Position numbers and translations under genes: made by a program | The notes under the pieces: model-generated | The model's database searches: none | Seen by the model: the letters and a program-made list of their open reading frames with translations, nothing else | What the model was told of the DNA's origin: nothing | Assembly: GCA_038227875.1 (NCBI GenBank) | Contig: JBBRPR010000001.1 | Coordinates: 192,001-256,000, forward strand | Reading direction: 5' to 3' | DNA from: Planctomycetota bacterium | Lineage (GTDB): Bacteria; Planctomycetota; SZUA-567; H5-PLA8 | Length of the DNA: 64,000 nucleotides | In this document: positions 18,879 through 27,800 of the stretch, piece by piece | Position numbering within the stretch: position 1 is the first letter of the stretch | Layout of the letters: every line of letters begins with the position of its first letter

Positions 18879-19904
18879 TTACGACGTTCGTTCCAGCACG
18901 TAATTCGGAATCTCGAGCAGCGCAGTCTTGGCCGACGATGCCGGGAGAAACGCGATTTCGTCGAGTGCGCGCTGGATTTCGTTGCGCGCGATCTGCAACG
19001 CGTAATCGACGGAATTGCTCCGCTCGAGGTACGGCTTCAGCGCTTCGCGGCTGAGCGTACCCGACTCGGGCTTGAACATGTTCAGCAGTTCCTGCTTGCG
19101 CGCGCCGGTGGTATTCGCCAGCAGGTGAATCAGGGGCAGCGTTGGCTCACCGTTTTTCAGGTCGCTGCCGAGCGACTTGCCGACAGTCTTCTCGACGCCG
19201 ACCAGGTCCAGGCAGTCGTCGACGATCTGAAACGCCATGCCCACGCGGCGGCCGTAGGCGTAGAGATGCTTGCTCTCATTGTCCTTCGCGCCGGCCAGCA
19301 GAGCGCCCAGTTCAGCGGCGGCCCCGAAGAGCACGGCCGTTTTTTTCTCGATCAGATCGAAGTACGCGTCTTCATCGATCTCTGGCTTGAAGCGGCTGTC
19401 GATCTGAAGCAGTTCGCCTTCGCAGATCAGGCGGCTGGTGCGGGAAAGAATACGGAACGGGCGCGGATCATCGAAGCGGCCGAGAATTTCAAACGCGCGC
19501 GAAAAGAGAATATCGCCGGTCATCACGGCGGATTTGTTGCCCCAGCGCGCGTTGACGGTGGCGACATTGCGGCGCGTTTCGGCATCGTCGAGGATGTCGT
19601 CGTGGCAGAGCGTCGCGAGGTGGATCATCTCCACCAGTGCCGCGACGTCGTAAGAAAGGGGAGCTTCGCCGCCGAACGCGCGGGCGCTCAAGTGCAGCAC
19701 GGCTGGACGCAGGCGCTTGCCTTTGAATCGTTCGATGTGGCGGACGAGCGTTTGAATGTAGGCGTACTGGCTGGTCAGAAATTTAGACAACGATTCTTCC
19801 GACTGTTCCAGATCAGCCAGAATGGGCGCGACAATCTGCAGTAGAATTGCGCCGCGTTCTTCTGAACTGCGCGGAAGGTTGTCCAGACCGGATTTCGTGC
19901 TCAC
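18879..19904 (-). CDS. Polyprenyl diphosphate synthase (IspB/HepT-like)
   Basis: GKRLRP, EMIHLATLCHDDILDDAETRR, KKTA, AFQIVDDCLD, GKSLGSDL; GTG 19904 with GAGGAG RBS. Confidence 0.93.
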   Translation of the reverse strand: MSTKSGLDNLPRSSEERGAILLQIVAPILADLEQSEESLSKFLTSQYAYIQTLVRHIERFKGKRLRPAVLHLSARAFGGEAPLSYDVAALVEMIHLATLCHDDILDDAETRRNVATVNARWGNKSAVMTGDILFSRAFEILGRFDDPRPFRILSRTSRLICEGELLQIDSRFKPEIDEDAYFDLIEKKTAVLFGAAAELGALLAGAKDNESKHLYAYGRRVGMAFQIVDDCLDLVGVEKTVGKSLGSDLKNGEPTLPLIHLLANTTGARKQELLNMFKPESGTLSREALKPYLERSNSVDYALQIARNEIQRALDEIAFLPASSAKTALLEIPNYVLERTS

Positions 19905-20037
19905 TGCTGTGGTGCTCCTCAAAACCGTCCGGGCATCATACCACGTTCTGACAGAAATGAAGGCCATTCATCATCTTTTCAGATGGCGAAGGTCAAACTC
20001 AGGATATAGTGTAGATGTAATATCGAGAGGTGCCTCC

Positions 20038-21744
20038 GTGTCCGATCCAGCCCAGACTCAATCCCAACGCCGTAACTCCATGACGCTGCTGCTCGATGAC
20101 ATCATGCAGCCCAAGGCGCAACATGTGATTGAAGGCGCGGCCGATCTGACGCGCGAGAAGGGCTCGAATCTGATTTGTGCGGTGGCGTCATCGGTTCATG
20201 ATCGCTGTCCGCTGCGCGATCTGATCAATCCCGCCAATTCCGACGGCGTTTTGATCATCTCCAGTATCCTGAGCAACTTTGAACGCAGCCAGGAGCGCAT
20301 CCTTCAATTCTTCGACCGCTACCGGCCGATGCCGCTGGTCAATCTCGGCGATCCGTTCGAAAAAGTGCACAGCGTCACGGTCAACAACCGCGCCGGCATG
20401 CGCGACGTCATCTCCCACCTGATCAAGGTCCACCACTTTCACAAGATCGCCTTCATCCGTGGTCCGGAGACGAACCTGGAAGCGGAGATGCGCTTCAAGG
20501 TCTATCAGGAAATGCTGGAGCAGCACGGCATCGCCTTCGATCCGGAACTCGTCGCGGATGGCAACTGGGGGCACTCCTCGGGCGCCACGGCGATTTACAC
20601 GCTCAAAGATCTTCGCCGCAGGAAATTTGAAGCCGTCGTCGCCGCCAATGATGCCATGGCCGGTGGCGCGTTCGAAGCGCTTCACGCCCGCGGCATCCGC
20701 GTGCCGATGGACGTGGCGATTGTTGGCTTCGATAATTTCGACGGCACCGGTTACGCCCTGACCACCATCGATCAGCCTGTTTACGAAATGGGCCGCCGTG
20801 GCGCTGCAATGCTGCTGGACCTGATTCACAACGCCGGCGACGTGCCCATGCAGGTCACGCTGCCGACGGAACTGATTGTGCGCCGTTCCTGCGGCTGTTT
20901 TGAGAATGAAGTAACGCATGCGGCGGCGCCGGCGATGCCCGCCTCGAAATTGCCGCTGCTGGCCGTGCGCCGCGAAGCAATTTCGCAGGCAATGTTGCGC
21001 GCGTCCGGCGGAAAACTCACCGATGTCGCGCCGGAGTGGCCGGAGAAGCTCTTTGCCGCCTTCCAGCGCGAAGTCAGCGACGGCAAGCGCGGCGAACTGC
21101 TCTCGGAATTCGACGCCATCCTGCTCCAGGAATGGATGGAGCGCCGCCACTCCGACACCTGGCAGAACGTGGTCTCGGAGCTGCGCCGCGAAGCGCTGCC
21201 AGGCCTGGCGAAAAATGCCGTTCACAACGCGGAGAACGTCTGGCACCAGGCGCGCGTGCTGATCGATGAAGCGGCGCAGCGCGTCCGGGCACATCAGGAA
21301 TCGCAGCATTCGCTGCGCACGACTCAATTGATGGATGTCAGCGCCGTCTTCGCCTCGCCGGACATTGCGACGCTGGCGGCCACCTTCGCCGAGAAGCTGC
21401 CGCGCCTGGGAATCGAACGCTGCTATGCGGTGGTCTTCGAAGGTCCGACCACCGGCGCCGTGCCGGAATGGTCGCGGCTGGTCCTGGCGCTGGATGAGGA
21501 AGAGACCACGCCGTTGGACGGAGAAGGCTTGCGCTTCCCGGCCAAACAACTGCTCCCGCCGCACCTGCTCCCGGAATACCGAGCGGTCACTCTGCTGGCG
21601 CTTCCACTCTTGAAAAACGGCAAGCATCTCGGCGCGATTTTCTTCGAGAAGAGCAATGTTGAATACTACGTCTACGAAATGCTCGCGCGGCAGTTCTGCG
21701 AACCGCTGAGCCGTTTTGTCAAATCGTCTGAATCGGGAACCTGA
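20038..21744 (+). CDS. LacI-type sugar-binding-domain protein with helical and GAF-like extension, no HTH (paralog 1)
   Basis: HLIKVHHFHKIAFIRGP, AANDAMA, RVPMDVAIVGFD, LTTIDQP, LIVRRSCGC; GTG 20038 with GAGAGG RBS. Confidence 0.85.
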   Translation: MSDPAQTQSQRRNSMTLLLDDIMQPKAQHVIEGAADLTREKGSNLICAVASSVHDRCPLRDLINPANSDGVLIISSILSNFERSQERILQFFDRYRPMPLVNLGDPFEKVHSVTVNNRAGMRDVISHLIKVHHFHKIAFIRGPETNLEAEMRFKVYQEMLEQHGIAFDPELVADGNWGHSSGATAIYTLKDLRRRKFEAVVAANDAMAGGAFEALHARGIRVPMDVAIVGFDNFDGTGYALTTIDQPVYEMGRRGAAMLLDLIHNAGDVPMQVTLPTELIVRRSCGCFENEVTHAAAPAMPASKLPLLAVRREAISQAMLRASGGKLTDVAPEWPEKLFAAFQREVSDGKRGELLSEFDAILLQEWMERRHSDTWQNVVSELRREALPGLAKNAVHNAENVWHQARVLIDEAAQRVRAHQESQHSLRTTQLMDVSAVFASPDIATLAATFAEKLPRLGIERCYAVVFEGPTTGAVPEWSRLVLALDEEETTPLDGEGLRFPAKQLLPPHLLPEYRAVTLLALPLLKNGKHLGAIFFEKSNVEYYVYEMLARQFCEPLSRFVKSSESGT

Positions 21745-21748
21745 CGTA

Positions 21749-23521
21749 ATGAGCAGCTCCGTGCCCATCGTTCCGCCCCACCGTCCGCCCGATCCGCAGC
21801 CGGATTCCGGAGGCCGCTCTCGATCGCGGACTTCGTTTGCCCTGATGATCGAACATTATGGCGACTGGTACGGCCAGACCATTCAGCGCGGCGTCTCCGA
21901 CTTTACGCGTGAAAACGGCGCGCACCTGATCACCGTGGCGACGTCGCTGCGGGACGAAGTCTGCCCGCTGCGCGATCTGGTCGGTCAGCAGAACGTCGAC
22001 GGCGTGATTGTCGTCTCGTCGGTCATCAGCAACTATGAAAAGGATCCGCAGAGGCTGGCCGCGTTCTTCTCGCGGTACGAACCGCTGCCGTGCATCAGCA
22101 TCGGGGTGAACATCCCGAACGTTCACAGCCTGCTGATCGACAACCGCGCCGGCATGGCCGAAGCGCTGCGGCACCTGGTGAATGTCCACGGTTTCCGCAA
22201 AATCGCGTTTGTGCGCGGGCCGGAAGCCAATGCGGAAGCGGAGCAGCGTTTCCAGGTCTACAAAGATGTGCTGACCGAAAACGGCATCGCCTACAATCCC
22301 GATCTCGTCGCCAGCGGCGACTGGAGCCCGCTCTCCGGCGCAATGGCCGTACACACGCTGAAAGATGTGCGAAAGTGCGAAATGCAAGCCATCGTCGCCG
22401 CCGATGACGCGATGGCAGCTGGCGTGATTGAGGCGCTGCATGCACGCGGACTGCGTGTGCCGTCGGACATCGCAGTGGTTGGCTTTGATAACGACCTGGG
22501 CCTGGGTTTCTCGCTCACCACTGTTCATCAACCCGTCTACATGCTGGGCCGCAAAGCCGCCCACATGCTGCTCGATATTGTCCGCGGCGTCGATGTTCCA
22601 CAAACGGTCACGCTGCCGACGGAAATGGTCATACGCCGGTCGTGCGGATGCTTTGTCGCCGACGTCACCAACTCCGTGGCGCAACCGGCCGTGGGTTCGA
22701 CGCAGGCGCCGGGTGTGCTGCTGGCGCAGCGTCGCGAGACCACGCTGGGCGCGCTGATGAATTCAGCGCGTGGACTGACTAGCGGCGTGAATTCCGAATG
22801 GACGGAGCGTCTCTTCAACGCATTTGTGCGCGACGTTACCGGCGAAGCGCGCGGCGAATTCCTGCCGACGCTCGACGCGATCCTCGTCCAGGAATGGATG
22901 GAACACCGCGCCATGACCGGCTGGCAGAACGTGATCTCCGTGCTGCGCCGCGAACTGCTGCCGTGCATGACACTGCAGGAGACGGTCGCCGACGCCGAGA
23001 ACCTCTGGCACCAGGCGCGTGTTCTGGTTGGCGAGGCGGCCGCCCGCATGCACGCCCATCAGCAGGAGCAACGCGCGATCCAGGCGATGCGGCTGATGAA
23101 CGTGAACTCAACATTTTTCTCCAAGGATCTAAAAAGTCTTGCCGACGCGTTCGCGCAGAAACTGCCGTCGCTGGGCATTGACCGCTGCTACGCCGTGACC
23201 TTCGAGGATCCTTCGACAGGCTCAGGGTCGGCGCCTGCGAAGCCCGAATGGTCGCGACTGGTGCTCGCGTACGACGAGGAAGAGCACATTGAACTGTCGT
23301 CTGAAGGCCTGCGCTTCCCCGCCAAACAGCTGATCCCGGACGACTTCCTGCCCGACTACCGTCCGGTCAGTCTGATGGCGCTGCATTTAAACAAAGGCGA
23401 GAAGGTGCTGGGGATCATCTTCTTCGAGATGGGCCCGCAGGACGCGCATCTCTACGAGACGCTGCGCCGTCAATTCAGCGAGCCACTCTTCCGGTTGACG
23501 CAAACGCCCCTGACGTCCTGA
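21749..23521 (+). CDS. LacI-type sugar-binding-domain protein with helical and GAF-like extension, no HTH (paralog 2)
   Basis: Colinear with paralog 1 (CPLRDL, NRAGM, KIAFVRGPE, RRSCGCF, QEWME, WHQARVL, PEWSRLVLA, EGLRFPAKQL); starts 4 nt after its stop. Confidence 0.85.
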   Translation: MSSSVPIVPPHRPPDPQPDSGGRSRSRTSFALMIEHYGDWYGQTIQRGVSDFTRENGAHLITVATSLRDEVCPLRDLVGQQNVDGVIVVSSVISNYEKDPQRLAAFFSRYEPLPCISIGVNIPNVHSLLIDNRAGMAEALRHLVNVHGFRKIAFVRGPEANAEAEQRFQVYKDVLTENGIAYNPDLVASGDWSPLSGAMAVHTLKDVRKCEMQAIVAADDAMAAGVIEALHARGLRVPSDIAVVGFDNDLGLGFSLTTVHQPVYMLGRKAAHMLLDIVRGVDVPQTVTLPTEMVIRRSCGCFVADVTNSVAQPAVGSTQAPGVLLAQRRETTLGALMNSARGLTSGVNSEWTERLFNAFVRDVTGEARGEFLPTLDAILVQEWMEHRAMTGWQNVISVLRRELLPCMTLQETVADAENLWHQARVLVGEAAARMHAHQQEQRAIQAMRLMNVNSTFFSKDLKSLADAFAQKLPSLGIDRCYAVTFEDPSTGSGSAPAKPEWSRLVLAYDEEEHIELSSEGLRFPAKQLIPDDFLPDYRPVSLMALHLNKGEKVLGIIFFEMGPQDAHLYETLRRQFSEPLFRLTQTPLTS

Positions 23522-23528
23522 TCACGCG

Positions 23529-23695
23529 CGAAAGCGGGACGAAAGCGGGACGAAAGCGGGACGAAGCGGGATTCGGGAATCGGGATTCGGGAATCGGGAT
23601 TCGGCATTCGTTTCGGCGTTCGAATGCCGATTCCCGCCATTGCCATTGCTGCCATTGCTGCCGTTGCTATTGCCGTTGCCGTTCAAGCCGTTGCT
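23529..23695. repeat. Cluster of short tandem repeats: (CGAAAGCGGGA)x3-4, (A[T/A]TCGGG)x5, GCC[A/G]TT(GCT) repeats, plus hairpin 23596-23635
   Basis: Read directly from sequence. Confidence 0.9.
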
Positions 23696-23867
23696 TGCCA
23701 CCACTTTTAAGTGGTGGTCATGCTCCTGCGATATTCCTTCCAGCCGGCTTTCCGGCCGTTGCTTCAGGACCCCATCCAGTCTGGCAGCACCCCCCCTCAA
23801 CCCTGGATAGCACGAACACAATTAATTGTGCCACTGCGTAGCACGAAGCAACGCAAAGGTAGCAACT

Positions 23868-23987
23868 GCTCATTCGTGCTCATTTACGCTCATTCACGCT
23901 CATTCCTGCTCAAACACGCTCATTTCAGCTCATTTGCTCTCATTCGCTCTCATTCGCTCTCATTCCTGCTCAAATTAGCTCATTCAC
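23868..23987. repeat. Twelve contiguous 10-bp direct repeats, consensus GCTCATTCNN
   Basis: gctcattcgt gctcatttac gctcattcac gctcattcct gctcaaacac gctcatttca gctcatttgc tctcattcgc tctcattcgc tctcattcct gctcaaatta gctcattcac. Confidence 0.95.
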
Positions 23988-24439
23988 CCGATTTCCCTTG
24001 ATTTTCGGGATCAATCACCGCTTATATATAGAGACACTTTCTATTCATGACGATCACCCAGCCCTCGGAGTCCCCGGTCCACAGAATCGGAAAATGCGCA
24101 ATGTGAACCGATAAATGAAATTCTCATAAACCTTTATAAATCGAAAAATACTTAACTTTTATACGCGAAGTTTCAAGATATTACCGGACTTTTACATTTC
24201 TCAACCGCATAGATATATACATGAAATCCACAAACCGCACCACCGCCACTTATTCGATCCAACGCATAAGACCTGTATCCAAATCCTGACTACCCCACCA
24301 CCCGGAGGCCACCCCATGAATCCGTTCGTCACCATCCACGCCCGCTGTCGTCACCCAAAAGTCCGAAAGTCAAAAATCCGCGCCGAGTTTGAAATTTGGA
24401 CCGTCCGGTACATCTTGCAAAGGAACCGCCGGAGTGTGC

Positions 24440-24468
24440 CACTGGTGGCTGCCGTATAGCCACCAGTG
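24440..24468. repeat. REP-like hairpin CACTGGTGGCT-N7-AGCCACCAGTG
   Basis: Perfect 11-bp arms. Confidence 0.8.
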
Positions 24469-24625
24469 CCGCCCTCGCAACCAAACCCCGCCCGTCCCAT
24501 GCGCCTACGATCGCGCGAACAGCGGCTTGGAAGGCCGCCCGTCCGTAGCCATGAGCGGCAGCCCTTGGTCACGACCAACGCGGAACGCCCGCGCTCCCTG
24601 CACGCGCCCACATCCGCTCCTCGTA

Positions 24626-24674
24626 AATGAAAAATGACAGATGACCAATGACCAATGACCAATGACCAATGACT
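24626..24674. repeat. Heptamer tandem repeat (AATGACC)x7, degenerate at the ends
   Basis: Read directly; the reverse complement TTGGTCA matches the STRR2-type heptamer. Confidence 0.9.
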
Positions 24675-24710
24675 CAGTTAAACGTTCTTTGACAACCCCA
24701 TACGCCCACA

Positions 24711-24790
24711 GCGGACCTCGAGCGTAACGCCACGCCCGGCCAGACGTGCTCGGTCTCAACACGACCAGGCACTCTGGCCGGAGGGTCCGC
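24711..24790. ncRNA. Candidate structured RNA or miniature inverted-repeat element
   Basis: Nested stems GCGGACC/GGTCCGC, CCGGCCAGA/TCTGGCCGG, GTGC/GCAC, GGTC/GACC around loop TCAACAC. Confidence 0.4.
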
Positions 24791-24872
24791 ACCATACACC
24801 CCGAACGGTGTAACATTCTGTCGCATTTTGTCGCATTCGCTGGGCGAAGGTCACTGGCCGGGACTGCTGCGT

Positions 24873-27800
24873 TTACTCCATCCGCTTGCGGTACATCGCC
24901 AGCGGCTCAAGCAGATTCCGGACGCGCTGCCGCAACGCCGCTTCGTTGTGCTTGCTCTTCAAATCCATGCCGAACGACAAGGTTTCGCCGTCGAGAATGC
25001 GGATGCCCTTCACTTCCGGCAGGCCACGCAGCGCGCGGTCGCTGGCCTTCATGTCCCAGCCGTGCAGTTTCAGGATGATGCGCCCTTCCGCTTCGTCGAG
25101 CCCCACATACGGCACGCGCGCGGCACGGGCAAGGAGACGCAACTTCGCCTCTTCGAACATGCGCACGCCCGGTGGCGGGAGCGCACCGAAGCGTTCGGTG
25201 AGCTCGTCCTTCAGCGAATCGATTTCGGCATCCGCGCGGCAGGCATCGAGGCGGCGGTAGATTTCGAGCGTCACCTTGTCATCCTGAACGTAGTCCTCCG
25301 GAATGTACGCCGCGCCGCGGAGTTGAACATTGCACTCCATTGTCTCTTCGACCTTCTCGCCGCGGATCGACCGGACCGTGGCGTCAAGCAGTTTGCAATA
25401 GAGGTCGTAGCCAATCTCCGCGATCTCGCCGGACTGCTGACGGCCGAGCACGTTTCCAGCACCGCGGATTTCCAGGTCCTTCAAAGCGAGCTGAAATCCA
25501 GCGCCCAGTTCGTCAAATTCCTCAAGCGCGCGCAGGCGGCGCAGGCCCTCGGGTGTCAGCGCGCTGGTCTCCGGGAGCAGCAAATAGCAATACGCCTGTA
25601 CGTCACTGCGTCCCACGCGGCCGCGAAGCTGGTGGAGCTCCGAGAGGCCGAAGTGGTCCGCTTCGTGAATTAAAATGGTGTTCGCCGACGGAATATCGAG
25701 CCCCGATTCGACAATCGTGGTGCTGACCAGCACGTCGATCTTATGATGGAGGAACGCCTCCATCACTTCTTCGAGCGCGTCGCCGCCCATCTGGCCGTGA
25801 CCGACGGCAAAGCGCGCTTCGGGGAGCAGATCCTGCAGGCGCGTGCGAAATTCTTCGATGTCTTTCACGCGCGGATGGACCACGAAGACCTGCCCGCCGC
25901 GGCTGATCTCCCGCAGGATCGCGCGGCGCAGCAAATCGTCGGAAACGCGCGCTACCTTGGTCATGATCGGCCGCCGGTTGCGCGGCGGCGTGGTGAGATT
26001 GGAAATGTCGCGCAGTCCCAGCAGCGCCATATGGAGCGTGCGCGGAATCGGTGTGGCCGTCAGCGTCATGACGTCGATCGAGCGGCGCAGATGCTTGAAG
26101 AATTCCTTGTGTTCGACGCCGAACCGCTGCTCCTCGTCGATCACCGCAAGTCCAAGGTCCTTGAAGCGCACATCCTTCTGCAGCAACCGATGTGTACCGA
26201 TCACGACGTCGACGCGCCCAGTTTCGAGCCGTTCGAGCAACCGCTTCTGCTCCCCCGGAGTCTTGAATCTCGAGAGCGTGTCGACGACGAACGGAAAGCC
26301 GGAGAAACGCTCCTTGAACGTACGGCCATGCTGTTCGGCCAGCAGCGTGGTCGGAGCGAGCACCGCGACCTGCTTGCCCGCGTTGGCCGCCTTGAATGCG
26401 GCGCGGAGCGCGACTTCCGTTTTGCCAAAGCCGACGTCGCCGCAGATCAGCCGGTCCATCGGGCACGTAGCCTGCATGTCGGTCTTGACTGCATCGATGG
26501 CGGTGAGCTGGTCGACGGTCTCCTTGTACGGAAACGCGTGCTCGAACTGCTCCTGCCATTCGTTGTCGGGCCCGAAGACGATGCCCGGGAGGCTCTTGCG
26601 CGCCGCCTGGAGCTTGAGCAAGTCCTCGGCAATGTCGCGCAGCGCCTTTTCCGCGCGCTCCTTTTTGCGCGACCAGACCTTGCTGCCGATCGTCGAGAGC
26701 TCGAGATTCGAATGCCCGCCGATGTACTTACTGACCCAGCCGATATGCGCCGCCGGCACGTACAGCTTGACGTCGTTGGCGAACATCAGCGTCAGGTAGT
26801 CTTCGGTCCGTCCGCTTTTCTCCAGCCGTGCGAGACCCAGATACCGCGCAATACCGTGCGCCGCATGGACGACGTGGTCGCCCAGCTGAAGGTCCATGAG
26901 ATGTTGAATCGCGACCGTGCCTGGCGCTTGTTTGCGCTTCGGAGCCGTCTCCTTGTCCGCCGCGTGGCGACTAAGCCCCAGAATTTCGCGATCTGGAATC
27001 ACCGCCAGATCAGCCGAACGGAGATCGAACCCGCCCGAGATCTTGCCCAGCACCAGCCGCACAGCGTGCTCGGATTTCTTCGCTTTCGCGCCGGGATGCT
27101 GCATCACGCCGGCTTCTTCAAGCAGCGTCTGAAGTCGCTGTCGGTGGCCGGGCGTCTCGCAGAATACAACCACTTGCTCGCGCTCCGCGACGACGTGCTT
27201 CCAAGTGTCCGCGTTTTTCGCCACGTCGCCGGCCAGACGCTGCAGCGTGGTGCAGGCGATGGTCAGTTCGATCGTGCTGGGGAGCGCGAAGACTGGCGGA
27301 GACGCCGCGGTTTGAGCATCGGAGACGGGACCGGTGCCAAAGGCGCCCTTCTCCCCCCCTTGAAAAGAGGGGGCAGGGGAGGTCGATCCGTCGCTCTCGC
27401 CGGGCGCATCCTCTTCCCCCGGCGTCTCCCACCCGCCCAGCATCTGCAGCGAATCCAACCGCGCGGCGACGGTCGCCAGCAGTTCCTCGACGCTGAAACT
27501 GATAGATCGTCCCGAAACTAAACTGGCGCGATAAAGCTCGCCGCGTTGCCGCAGCCGCGCGGGGTCCTGGAAAATGATCAGCGCGCCGTCGGGCAGGTGA
27601 TCGAGAATCGAATACGGACCGCTGCTGGCGCCCGGCGAAAAAAGCTTCTTCAGCGCTTCCGGCGAGGCATCGGCGAACGCAATCGCATCGACGGGCTCGT
27701 CGGAACGCTGCGAGATCGGGTCGAAAGGTTTGATCGATTCGATCGTGTCGCCGTTGAAGTCGATGCGGAAGGGCGTCTCCGACGTGTACGGAAAAATATC

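Noticed and set aside
20188..21768. Long antisense or alternate-frame ORFs (also 1618-2751, 25743-27521, 30008-31534, 34941-36107, 58268-59389, 59595-61259)
   Set aside because: Shadows of well-supported genes, expected in high-GC DNA
23718..23810. SRP RNA, tmRNA, RNase P RNA or riboswitch in the hairpin-rich stretch
   Set aside because: Hallmark conserved motifs not found on either strand
23522..23821. 99-aa minus-strand ORF with NGNGNSNG
   Set aside because: It is largely a translation of simple DNA repeats, with no RBS or recognisable domain
23529..23987. Tandem repeats as a CRISPR or CRISPR-like array
   Set aside because: Units are 6-11 bp and contiguous, with no unique spacers; no cas-like genes in the window
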